A DNA stretch of 64,000 bases from positions 434,001 through 498,000 of the forward strand of contig OZ025683.1 in NCBI GenBank assembly GCA_964019335.1, written 5' to 3'. Numbering within the stretch: position 1 is the stretch's first letter; every line of letters starts with the position of its first letter. The translations under genes were made by a program, and so were the position numbers. The notes beneath the pieces are model-generated. The model was not told the DNA's origin and made no database searches. It saw only the letters and a list, made by a program, of their open reading frames with translations. This stretch comes from Diplonema japonicum (Eukaryota; Protista; Euglenozoa: Diplonemea). Shown piece by piece: positions 48,101 to 58,956 of the stretch.

Positions 48101-51100
48101 CGAAGTCCTTGTCACGATCAAGGCTAAGACTGTGTTTAGGCACCCAGAGCCGTCGTGGTCAGGATGGGGCACCGAGACACCTGCTAAGGAGAACGAGACT
48201 ACTGTCTACTTTGATAACATACCGAGGAACATAAGATGGCAAACGAAGGTGGACATGGACAAGAAACTGTTCCCTTTGGGAGTGCCTTTATCGTCGCAGC
48301 CTCTGTACTTCTTCCAAGCATTGGAGATGGGCGGTGAAGCTTACCCATCGCCTGTATTAACAACGGTAACGGGGGTTTCGGGAGAGATCGAGACAGTGAG
48401 CTTGTGGCACCAAGGGCCGAGCCTATCCAAAGCGTCAGCGGCAGTAGCAATAGGTGTTGAGTTCAAGGACCAGAAGGTGCAGGGCCTGTGGCACGGTGTG
48501 GAGTACGAAGTGACGTACTCTTTCAGCTTGCCTGGATATAGGTATTTAGGGACCAAGAGCCACAACATGTATGCTTCGAAGTGTTCTGAGGGGCAGTTCG
48601 CTGTCAACTTCTCGTCCCTCTGCACGGACTGCCCTGCTGGTGCCACATGCGACAGCAAATGCCGATTGGTGGCGCTTCCACCAAGACGACGTTGTGTTTT
48701 ATGAGTGCAAACCATTCGCTTGTGAGGGTGGGTACTGGGCTGGTGACAGGTCATGCAGGCTCGGCTCGGAAGGGCCTCTGTGTGCAGTGTGCTCCGATGG
48801 ATACGGAAAGAGCGGTGACACATGCATGGAGTGCCCCAGTCAAGCGCTAAACATTTTCACTCTAACGTTGGCTGCACTCATACTGCTGGTATGCTTATAA
48901 CCTTACGACCTTCAACAATATAACAGTTCGTCATCTTTACAATGGTCGTCACGAACCTGTCAAGTGGTGCAAAGGGTAAATCTCTGCTGTCGATTGTCAT
49001 CAAGCTTTTGATGAACTATCTGCAGACAGCAGCACTCATGAAGGCTTTCTTGGTATGTGCTCACCTATTCCACGTACACAACGAACAGGTGAAAGTGAAA
49101 GGTTTGGTGAATGACATGCTCGACAAGCAGGAACAAGCATCTGGCCCTAGCACGCAGTTCATCAGCTTCTCGTGCGCAGTGAACCTGGACCAATATGGCC
49201 TGTTTGTGATGTGGATGGCGTTGCCTGCCGCAGTGTTCTTGCTCCCTGGCATCGTTGCCATTATCAGCTACATCAGGCGGGCCCTCGTGAAAGAGAGGTT
49301 GATGTCCCAGTTGCTGGTCACAAGGGACAGGCGGTACTCTATCGGTTTCGAAGCAGAGAACGAGGAGCAACGCATCGCCGTTCTGCATGCTGTGCACACA
49401 GGGCTGCCGATCCCCAATTTTGAAGACGCCGAGCGGAAGGCAAGCAGAGAGGTGTCCGAGACGTGCAGCAACGAACTCGTCGCTGATTTGGAAACAGCTA
49501 ACCAAATCACGGGCGAAGGCTTGGGCTTCAGAGCTGCCCTGAACGAAGCCACGAAAGAAGAAGCACAAGGGCAGAAAGATAATGAAGCGCGTAAGAACTT
49601 GAAGCAGAAGGCAAAAGAGCTGAAAAGAGCAGCGCGACTGGCAGAAGAGGACCTCGAACACATCTTCAAGCTGTTGGAGTCCGAGAATCCTCTGGACAAG
49701 GAGGAAGCAGCAAGGCTAGTGGAGTCTGCCGCTACCGCAGAAGCAGAAATGAATGCCCAACAACTTGACAAAGACATCCGGAAGGTAGAAGACTCGGCTG
49801 CGGATGGCCCGATGCAAGCACCCCCTGAGCTGCAATGGGATCAGAAGATCAGCAAAACCTACAACAAGGCATACTGGAAACACAGAGTGACGGGGGAATC
49901 CTGCTGGCAGAAGCCTTTGGAGGTTGTGAACTACGAAGCAGAAGCAGCAAAGGCGGAGAGCGCGTCTATCAACAATCAGGAAAGCAGCGAGAAGTTCTCA
50001 TTGCTAATTGACGACTCTGGTGTAAGGAACATCGCAGCACGGCGACGATGGGCTCATGTGAGACAGGTCGTGATGGAGGGGATAAGGTCCAAGCGAGAGG
50101 AAAAAAGGAAGAAGGAGTTGGTTGCGACGAAGTGGCAGGGGCTGGCTATGCCGCTCTCTGCCTCGGACGACTTAAAGATGTTCATGATCAAGTGCTCGGT
50201 GTGTGAAGCGGACTACGGGTCGCTCATGTGCAAAGACTGCGGAAGCGCCGCACGGGACGAGTTCCGGAGGAAAAAGCTTGACCGGAGAGAGCGGCTAAAG
50301 GCAGGCGACTTCGATGACATCAGAGAGATGCTGCCCGACAAGAAAACCTTCGTGGAACACAACAACGGCCACGCGTACTTCTACGTCTGCCAGTTCTGCG
50401 ACAAGGTCGTTCACGCGTCTGGTGGTCCCAACGCACGACATTTGAGGCTACGTGTGCGCACCGAAGAGGACAACGACGAGGGTCTTACTGACAAGGATAT
50501 CGATAAGATAAAGCGGAAGGAGAACACAGCACGCCCCGAGGTCGTCTACACAGTCACGGTGCTCGTTGTGGTATTCCTCGCCTACCCCAGGCTCATGACC
50601 GAGATCGCTACATTAATGAAGTGCATCGACCTCCCTACCACAGGGAAGTCCTTCCTGGAGTCCGACCTACGTATTGAATGTTCGGATAAGAAGTACGACA
50701 CATGGAAGTCTGTGGCTGTTATTTTCTTCTTCGTCTACGGCTTCGGGATCCCCATCTTTGGCTTCTTAATGCTCAGCGCATGGGCAGGCAAAGACGGATC
50801 AGGGCTACTGCGCAAGAAGGTGGTTGAGTCCTTTGGGTTTTTGTACTCTGGGTTCCGTATGAACAGGTACTACTGGGAGATGGTCATCATGTTCCGCAAA
50901 ATGCTTGTCGTCTTCATCTTGGTGTTCTACGACGGGAAGGAGCAGTACCAGTCCATGCTCGGCACGTGGCTTATGACTTTCTTCCTGCTTGTCAACATCT
51001 TCGCAAAGCCGTTCATGTTCCATGTGTTGTGGAGGATAGAGAACCTCTCTCTTGCTTGCATTGCCGTATCGTTGAACCTGGCCATGCTCTACGAAAAGAA

Positions 51101-51647
51101 GTACAAGATCGAGCAGGGCAGCGCAGAAGAGAGCGCCGTCACTATGTGCATCTTCCTGCTGAACATGTGCACCATGGCTGCGTTCGTGTACTGCATTTTC
51201 AAGGCAGCCAAGATACAGTTCATCGACATGTTTGATGATCCCAACGACCCTGACGGGGCCCTCACGTGGGAGGAGGTGAAGAGCGTTGCGCGGGTCAAGC
51301 TGTACAGGACATGGGCCCCGAGGCTGGCCTTCTTCGGGATTACGATACGGAACCCTGAGGAACAGCTTGAAAAGGAAGCGGAAGACGCTCAAGATGAAAT
51401 CAGAATACCTCAGAGTACAGGAGAGAACCCAATGGCTCCACCAAGAAGAGTGTCGCTCTCCACCGGTGACCCAGTGGAGGACGTCAGACGCCGCAGCTCT
51501 CACATCGACACCATGCCGCCGCAGATGGTGAAGGTCTTGGGCTACAACGACAAGTACCCCGACCTCTTTGACGAAGACGGGAAGCGACGTTCCATAAAGG
51601 AAAACAGCCCTGCCCAGGGCAGCCAGTCTGATGCCATCGCTATCTAG
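27180..51647 (+). CDS. Giant (~8,100 aa) multi-pass surface receptor-like protein: signal peptide, kringle, EGF/laminin-EGF-like, 6-Cys repeats, C-type lectin, propeller-like, IPT/TIG, PAN-like, multi-TM C-terminus with cytoplasmic WW and B-box; frameshift near 48650; introns 48889-48926, 49053-49088
   Basis: Signal MLNAASFLLICVVGA; kringle NYCRNPDGD..AWCY; GxWxGxxCxxC EGF units; CTLD CGTGW..CY..SFEEARDAC; IPT GGTLVTVKGSGF; CRLGSEGPLCAVC; IKLLMNYLQ; FGFLYSGF..YYWEMVIMFRK; WW WDQKISKTYNKAYWKHRVTGESCWQKP. Confidence 0.85.
28251..28510 (+). repeat. Coding low-complexity repeat (GGFDPGPDTGGP / DPDP)
   Basis: Imperfect 36-bp units and CCTGAC hexamers are visible directly. Confidence 0.85.
30819..32359 (+). 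repeat. Coding tandem repeat, six near-identical 243-252 bp units plus a partial seventh
   Basis: Units start at 30819, 31062, 31314, 31566, 31818, 32061 and 32310. Each encodes VGCNTADAGGGCEAHMTVVGGTCTCDAPYLC...CTCNSGYTCTAGAC. Confidence 0.97.
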
Positions 51648-51809
51648 TGGTGCGTTTCCACGCGTCCGCTTTTTAGTTTACTTAGATTTCTGTATCAGTT
51701 TCGGGCCTTTGCTTTTTATTGAGTTCGGAGTAAGATTTTTTTTTCCCAAAAGAATGCCCAGCTTCACAACCATATTCAGGAGAGGCGCAGCATACTATGA
51801 CACTAAAGA

Positions 51810-54800
51810 ATGGATGGTGAAAGCGATGCTGAGGAGCTCAGCCCTGTGGTGCTGCCTGTCGCCGACTCCGGCTTGGTGAGAGCAAACGTGCGCAATGCAA
51901 ATCCCTCGTTTAACTATTTATTGTCCTTCGCACCGTGGCGGCTTAAAGTGCGCAAGATAGTGCTGTCGACGATGTTCGACAGGTGCATCCTGCTGATCAT
52001 AGTCCTGAACTGCATCACGCTAGCACTGTACAAACCGGGCGACAATAACAGTGTTTACAAGTATTACGATTGGGTGTTCGCTGTTGTCTTTATAATTGAA
52101 GCAGTTTTAAAGATGGTGGGCATGGGGCTTATCATCCCCCCCTGGGAGGGCTCCCCTCGTTCGGCTGTGCCTGCGCACACTGGAGGGTACTTCCGCGATT
52201 GGTGGAACACGTTGGATTTCATAATCACGTGCGTCACCTTCGCGATGGTCCTGCGGGGTGGCACGTCGTACGGCGGGCTGAGGTCGTTCCGTGTACTACG
52301 CATCCTGAGGGTCGTTTCATTCTCGTCTTCGATACGGGTGTTGGTGAGCTCTTTGATCGCTTCCCTTCCGAAGCTGGCGGATGTGGTGATCCTGTTCTTT
52401 GTGTATGTCGGCGTGTGCGGTATCATCGGCATCCAGCTGTGGAAGGGCAAGCTCCGGATGCGCTGCGTTGACATCGAAGCTGAAAACATGCTAAGTTCAA
52501 TGAACACGACGTCCTATTTGGAGCTTTTCAATTCGCTGAACAAACCCATGCAGGACCAGCTGTTTCCCGTCGACCTACGCGACACCGTGTGTCACGGCAT
52601 GCGGTCGATGCTCGGTGGGTACTTCTGCCCATGGGGCACTATTTGCGTGGAAATGGAGAACCCCGGGAGGGGCTACCAGTCCTTCGACGACATTGGTTCA
52701 GCGATGCTTTCGCTCTTCGTGACACTGAGCCTCGATGGCTGGGCAGACCTGATGTACCGAACCGCCGATGCCACGCTCTTCTGGTCCGTGTTGTTCTACA
52801 TACAAGTAATCTCTTTCGGGTCTTTCTTCATCGTGAATCTTACATTGGTCATCATCAGCTATGCGTTCGACTCGCAGTACCAAAAGGAGGAAACCTTGCT
52901 TCAAGAAGCTCGCGAACGAAAGCTACTGCTGCGAGCCCGAACGGGGGACAACGTCCCAGCAGGGTACACAAAATCATGGGCTGCCAGATGGCGGGGGTTG
53001 CGCATCACAGGAACGGGAAAAGTAGTGCGACAGGGAATGAACTGCGAGACGTTGGTCGATGGAATGTGGGAGCACTGCGTTGCCGGGAAGCTATTAACCG
53101 ACGGGAGGATCGAGATATTAACCGTAAAGGGGTACGTGCTGATCAAAGAACTGAAGCATGTGAAGCCCTTGATCGACAGCTCATGGCGGCTGTTTGTTCG
53201 GAGGCTGGTGAGAAAACCGGCTTTCGGCAGAGCAGTATCTGTCATCATCATACTGAACACAATCATCTTAAGCGTCGACCACTTCGGGCAGCCCTCTGCC
53301 ATGTCCGATACCATCGAGACTCTGAACATTAGTTTCACGCTCCTCTTCGTTGCGGAGATGCTCCTTGGCATGGTGGCCTTCGGCTTCATCGGCTACTTCC
53401 AAGAGGGCTGGAATGCTTTCGATGCCGTCGTCAACGTTATCAGTATCTTGGACCTCATCCTGGGTGTGGCAGGGCACTTTTCAGTGTTGCGGTCGCTTCG
53501 TATTATAAGAGTGCTGAAGCAGAACAAACGGTTGCTCACACTGCGCCGGTGGGTCCTTGTTGTGATCCGGTCCCTACGGGAGTCGGCTTTGAACTGTCTG
53601 CTCATCATGGCGCTCATCTTCAGCTACGCTATCCTAGGCTTGCAGACCATGGGAGGGAAGTTCTGCAACCTTGACGCACCTTGTGTTGCTCCGGTAGGCG
53701 ACGAGTGCACGTGCGTGCCTCGTGCCAACTTTGATAACATATGGTCCAGCATGCTGACGTTGTTTCAGGTGATGTGCGGCACAGGGTGGAGCGACGTTAT
53801 GTACAACGGAATGCACAGCACGGCGGGCTTCATGGCCCTTTTTTTCGTGTCTTTTTACTGCATCAGCAACTACCTCTTTGTGAATCTCTTTGTGGCTTTG
53901 TTACTGCACCAGGCGAGGAAGCTTGAGAAGGACGCAGAAGCAGCCGCTGAAGAAGAAAAAGAAATGGGTGAAATCGGCGACAGCCGTGAGGTCCCACTCC
54001 TGCAAGGGAGGTGCAGCAGTGTGACTATTCCAATGGATGAAAAAGGCGGTCAGTTAGAACGAGCATTCTTCTTCTTAAGTGGAGACGCTGCACCCCGCAA
54101 GGCACTGCAGAAGGTGGTAGAACACATTGTATTTGAAGTTGCAGTGGTGCTGACTATTGCAGGTTCCACCATCGCAGTAGCTGTGGAGGACCCGCTGTCG
54201 CCTCCAGACAGCAAGCTGAGCAAGGACTTGGAGATAACAGATTATGTTTTCACCTCGTTGTTCACGTTGGAAGCTGTTATGAAAATTTTCACGTATGGGT
54301 TCGTGCTTCATAAGACGTCGTACCTCAGAAGAGACAAAGGGGCATGGCTGGATGCCATCATCGTCATCTTGTCGTGGGCATCCTTTGTTGGGGGCAGGGA
54401 ACTGGCCTTATTCAGAGTCTTGCGTGCCATTCGGCCCCTGAGACTTGTAAGCCAGTCTGATGGGATGAAGCTAGTGCTGAGTTCTTTGGTTAGATCAGTG
54501 CCGGGGGTGATCTCTGTGATGTTCATCACGTTTGTCATTTGGGGTGTGTGGTCCATCGTAGGGGTACAACTCTTCAAAGGTGCCTTCTACAGCTGCACGG
54601 ACGTCACCTACGGCGACGTGGCGGGTGACGTGTACTTCATAGACGACGGGGCAATCAACAAGACGTACGAGATGAAATACAAATCGGACTGCCTAGCATA
54701 CCCCGATGCTCAATACTCTTGGGCAAATGCCGCTGACAACTTCGACACCCTGCCCGAGGCTTTCATCACGCTGTTCAAAGTAGCGTCCCTTGAGGGGTGG

Positions 54801-56556
54801 GTGCCAATCATGTATATGGGAATAGACGCGGTGTCCCACGATGTGTCCCCGCAACAAGACAACCGGCCGTTCATGTCGCTATACTTCATGCTGTTCGTGT
54901 TGGTGGGTTCTATTTACATCACGTGCCTCTTTGTGAGCGTGGTGCTGGACACCTACTACAGCGAGGAGCACAAGGTCGACGGCAAGATGATGTTCCTGAA
55001 CGAGGGTCAGAAGCGCTGGGTGCAGTCGTACAGGGAGATGCTGCGTGGCGTTGACAGGCCGAGTGAGTTCCACTACGCCACATCGAGCAATAGAGCAGTG
55101 CAAGCAGCAAGGCGCATCACCAGCCACAGGGTTTTTGAGCCCGTCATCCAGTTCTGCATTGTACTGAATCTGATTGTGATGACGACGGAGCACTACGACC
55201 AGTCGCAGGCATGGGTCGGACTGCAGGACACTGCCAATTACATCTTTATTGCTATCTTCACAGCTGAGGCGGCTGTGAAGATGGTTGCTCAAGGAGTGCG
55301 GCAGTACTTCAAGCAGTCGTGGAACAGATTCGACTTCTTCATCGTGGTGCTGTCGTGGGTGGGCACCATTGTTTTGCTAATCATAGAGGCGGGTCTCGGA
55401 TCTTCCATCTCTGTGATACGCATCTTGAGGCTTGCAAGAGTTCTGAGGCTGACGAAGAAGGCGAAGGGGATTACCATGCTACTGAAGACGTTATTCTTTG
55501 CGCTGCCTGCAATGCTGAACGTGGTTGCCATCCTCGTGCTGGTGCTCACTATCTACGCGGCAGCAGGTGTGCATCTGTTTGGGCGCCTCTCACCTGGGGA
55601 AGCCATTGGCCGCAATGTGAACTTCCATTCGTTCCCCCACGCTATTGTGACACTCCTGAAGATCTTCACGGGCGACGGATGGGGCGGAATCCTCTCTGAC
55701 TGCAGAAGGGATAACCCTGCTTGCGATGACCAGCTCGACGGTTGCACGTCATCTGCTGTTGCAGTGTTCTTCTTTCTTAGCTTCTCCTTGATTGGAACGG
55801 TATGTCCACTTAGCACACCAGCCACACCCACACAGTACGTACTGCTGAATTTGTTTATCTCAATAATTTTGGACTCCTTCGACGATGTTCTCAAAGAGCT
55901 GCAGTACCAGGGCGACATCACAAAGGCGGACATGAAGCGCTTCCGGACTGAGTGGAACAAGATTGACACAGAACGCACCTTCAGGATGGACGTGGTGGTC
56001 CTACCATTGCTGCTAAAGGCCATTGGGCCACCTTTAGGTGTACCAGAAGACACTACCTATAACGAAGCGCTCAATGTGGTGGCCGACCTGGATTTATACG
56101 TATGTTGTTGGATGTTGAGAAAATCCATTTTCTTTTACAGGCGACTGATGAGCGTGTAGACATGCAACCGTTGCTGCAGGCGTTGTTCTGCCGTGTGCAT
56201 GGTTCTCCTGACGACCTGAATCTGCCTGAGTTCCTTGTTAACACTGTTGCAAGAAAGGTATGTTTGTCTTTTAGTCACAAAGCACCCTTCTACAGGCTGA
56301 TATGAGATTCCATGCCAACGAACGGGACACGCTTTATGAGCAAAAGAACGCGATTGTTTTCCCTGTGCACGTTGTAGTGGGTTTTATTAGATTGCAGGCA
56401 GCGGCGCGTGGGATGCTCACACGGCAGAAGATCAGAAGGAACTACATGCGGATCACAAACCAAGTCCAACGCCGATTTGAAACCATCTCCTCGTACTCGT
56501 CTAGCAGGTCTAGCTCTGTAAAATCACAACCTTTAGTGCTTCCCATGCTGGAGTAG
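51810..56556 (+). CDS. Four-domain (24-TM) voltage-gated Ca/Na-type channel alpha subunit with C-terminal IQ-like motif; introns 55800-55835, 56100-56140, 56258-56295
   Basis: Four S4 helices (LRSFRVLRILR; LRSLRIIRVLK; FRVLRAIRPLR; IRILRLARVLR), WN.FD motifs, four pore loops, LNLFISII in S6 and LQAAARGMLTR. Confidence 0.95.
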
Positions 56557-56751
56557 ATGCCACGCTGACGGAGTAAGCCTTTATTGACACAACTCCGCAA
56601 GGTCACCGGACTATCAGTTTTCTTTTTTCATCTTTCCGCATGCCGTTAGACTCTGTGCTGTGCATACAAAAATTGTCTGACGCAACAGGCATTATTCGTC
56701 CCTATTCTCTTTTATTTCTGTTTCCATATCTCACGCAGGTGGGCATTACAC

Positions 56752-58887
56752 ATGCGGGAAGTGCACCACCCAGGGAGCGACTGGTACGGCTGCCCTGCAT
56801 ATGGTGTCGTAAAGCGAGCCAATGGCGATTTCGTCGTCGAGGGCTGCAAGAAGTGCGAAGGGGGCGAGAAGTATTTCAGTTGTTGTGGTAAAGAAGAAGA
56901 GTCTCAGGGGTGTAGCGTGAAGGCAGCTTGGCGGCAAGAAGGGAAGCGTGCCTATATTGAAGGCCGGTGGCGAAGCCCGAAACATGGGATGCTGACCATC
57001 ACACAATACGGTAAGACAGTCTCTGTCCTGTGCCCAGCAGCGCATTGGAGCCCCACTTCGGGGGTTGTAAACCCTGCTTCTCTGTCGCTTCTGAGCACGC
57101 TGGGTATCCTGAAACGAGGTGCAGATGAAGAGGTAAATGCTATTGAGTTCCAGAGCACTGTATGGACGAGGGTGTCACCTATCAACAAGCAGGAAGAGGC
57201 CATGCGCCGCGTGCTGTGTAACTTCTTTCATCTCCATGACAGGGCGAAGCTTGTCGAAGTCGATGGCTTAGTAACGCAATACGACGGTAGGAAGCAGGCC
57301 CTGCGTGACTCACTGGTGGAGTTGTACCATGGGAACAGGAAGGCCCTAGAGACTCTCGACGAGCTGTTCAACACAGCGCCCAAATGGTGGCGTTGCACGT
57401 CCTGCCACGACATCATGAATGCTAGAGTCTTTAAGTACTGCTCGGTGTGCGGCTGCGAGAACAAGCACACACGCAAGACGGCCGTGAAGCGTATGGACGA
57501 CGTATCGCCGAACTTCTTCTACCCCGACACATACGAAATGTCCTACAAAGAACCCACACTGGAGGCAGAGCCTGCTGTGCCGCACCCCGACGAACTAGTG
57601 CACCAGCTCGCGCCGTCGCTGTTGTCCCTTGGCATCTTGTCGGCGGATGTCCCTGGCATTATGAAAAGCGGCTGGGCCAAAACCACCAACCCCGTCCCTA
57701 AGAAGTACGTTGCGGCACGTGTTGGGCGCGCACAAGGGGACAGGAGCTCTTCGGATACCTTGCTGAGGTACGGGACTTTCCCTTCTCGCCCCGTGTTGCA
57801 CACGCGATTTGTGTGTGGAGACGAGGTCACCTTCTCACGACAAGGTATACCCCATAAGGCCACAGTGCTGTTCGTGATAGAGCTCAATCCCGTGTCCTAC
57901 GTAATCCAATTCCAGGACGGCACAGAGAAGGTTACCACTGCAGCCGAGCTAACAAGGATTACGAAGCAGCAATCCGAAAGGCCTCCTGCGATGGCTAGCC
58001 ATGAGAATGGGTTGCCGAACTGGCACCCTGGGTCCGTACACAGAAAACCGCCAGAACCGCCTCAGGAACCAGAGGAAGAAGAAGAGGTCGTGAGCAGAGA
58101 AGAGAGCCAGGAAGTGCCCACGCCTGAGAGTGAACTTGAGGTGCTATGGTCAGAACAAGACACTGATAATGAGTACGAGCGGCCCATATCACTTCGCAGC
58201 AGGACACCCTCTGCTACGTTTTCAGATTACGGGGGTGCGAAGTGGATATGCTTCGACTGCGAGTACAGAGCCAACCCATCTGAGGAGAAGTATTGCTTGG
58301 CTTGTGGAAAAAGGCGTAATGTGGGGAATATCCGAAAAGGCAAAGAGGAGCCTGTGCATACCAGCACACCATTCCTACCAGTTCCGTTGACAAGCTACAT
58401 CCCCCCGATGGAGTCCGATGCCTTCCAGAACTCAGCGTTGAGGTTGCACAACGACTACAGGCTGACTCACCATGCGCCTGAGTTAGCATATGACGCCTCT
58501 CTGGCCGTGAACGCCCAGAAGCAAGCAGAGTTGTGTGCCAGGCTTGTGGGTGTATCGCACGGGCATAATGAAGGGCAGGGACAGAACACTTTTATGAGCG
58601 GCGGCTTGGGCTCTTATAATGCAAAGCAGATCATTGAGATCGCTTGTCAAGCGTGGTACCAAGAGCTGGCTGTGTACAAGAAGACACCTGGTCTGCAAGG
58701 ACTGCAGAATGGTGCTGGGCACTTCACGCAAATCGTGTGGGAAGGGAGCACCCACATGGGTGCTGGGGTCGCCTGGTCTGGATCGCGTGTCTACGTTGTA
58801 GTGAATTACAAGCCGCCGGGCAACGACACTGCCGATCCTATTGTCCTGAAGAATGTACACTTAGAAGACGAAGCCCCCCCCTCTTAG
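56752..58887 (+). CDS. Multidomain protein: two RanBP2-type zinc fingers, Tudor/SH3-like segment and C-terminal CAP (SCP/GAPR-1-like) domain
   Basis: Zinc fingers WRCTSC..N..CSVCG and WICFDC..AN..CLACG. CAP motifs LHNDYR..HHAPEL, WYQE, GHFTQIVW and YVVVNYKPPGN. No signal peptide. Confidence 0.82.
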   Translation: MREVHHPGSDWYGCPAYGVVKRANGDFVVEGCKKCEGGEKYFSCCGKEEESQGCSVKAAWRQEGKRAYIEGRWRSPKHGMLTITQYGKTVSVLCPAAHWSPTSGVVNPASLSLLSTLGILKRGADEEVNAIEFQSTVWTRVSPINKQEEAMRRVLCNFFHLHDRAKLVEVDGLVTQYDGRKQALRDSLVELYHGNRKALETLDELFNTAPKWWRCTSCHDIMNARVFKYCSVCGCENKHTRKTAVKRMDDVSPNFFYPDTYEMSYKEPTLEAEPAVPHPDELVHQLAPSLLSLGILSADVPGIMKSGWAKTTNPVPKKYVAARVGRAQGDRSSSDTLLRYGTFPSRPVLHTRFVCGDEVTFSRQGIPHKATVLFVIELNPVSYVIQFQDGTEKVTTAAELTRITKQQSERPPAMASHENGLPNWHPGSVHRKPPEPPQEPEEEEEVVSREESQEVPTPESELEVLWSEQDTDNEYERPISLRSRTPSATFSDYGGAKWICFDCEYRANPSEEKYCLACGKRRNVGNIRKGKEEPVHTSTPFLPVPLTSYIPPMESDAFQNSALRLHNDYRLTHHAPELAYDASLAVNAQKQAELCARLVGVSHGHNEGQGQNTFMSGGLGSYNAKQIIEIACQAWYQELAVYKKTPGLQGLQNGAGHFTQIVWEGSTHMGAGVAWSGSRVYVVVNYKPPGNDTADPIVLKNVHLEDEAPPS

Positions 58888-58956
58888 CAGTAGCATGTAT
58901 CTGTATTTGTATCAGCCACCAACCTACCCCTTGTGTACCCCACGCACAGTATAAAG

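Noticed and set aside
51686-51705. Short resemblance to kinetoplastid spliced-leader sequence (GTATCAGTTTC)
   Set aside because: Only ~11 nt, with no full 39-nt exon, donor or Sm site; consistent with chance.
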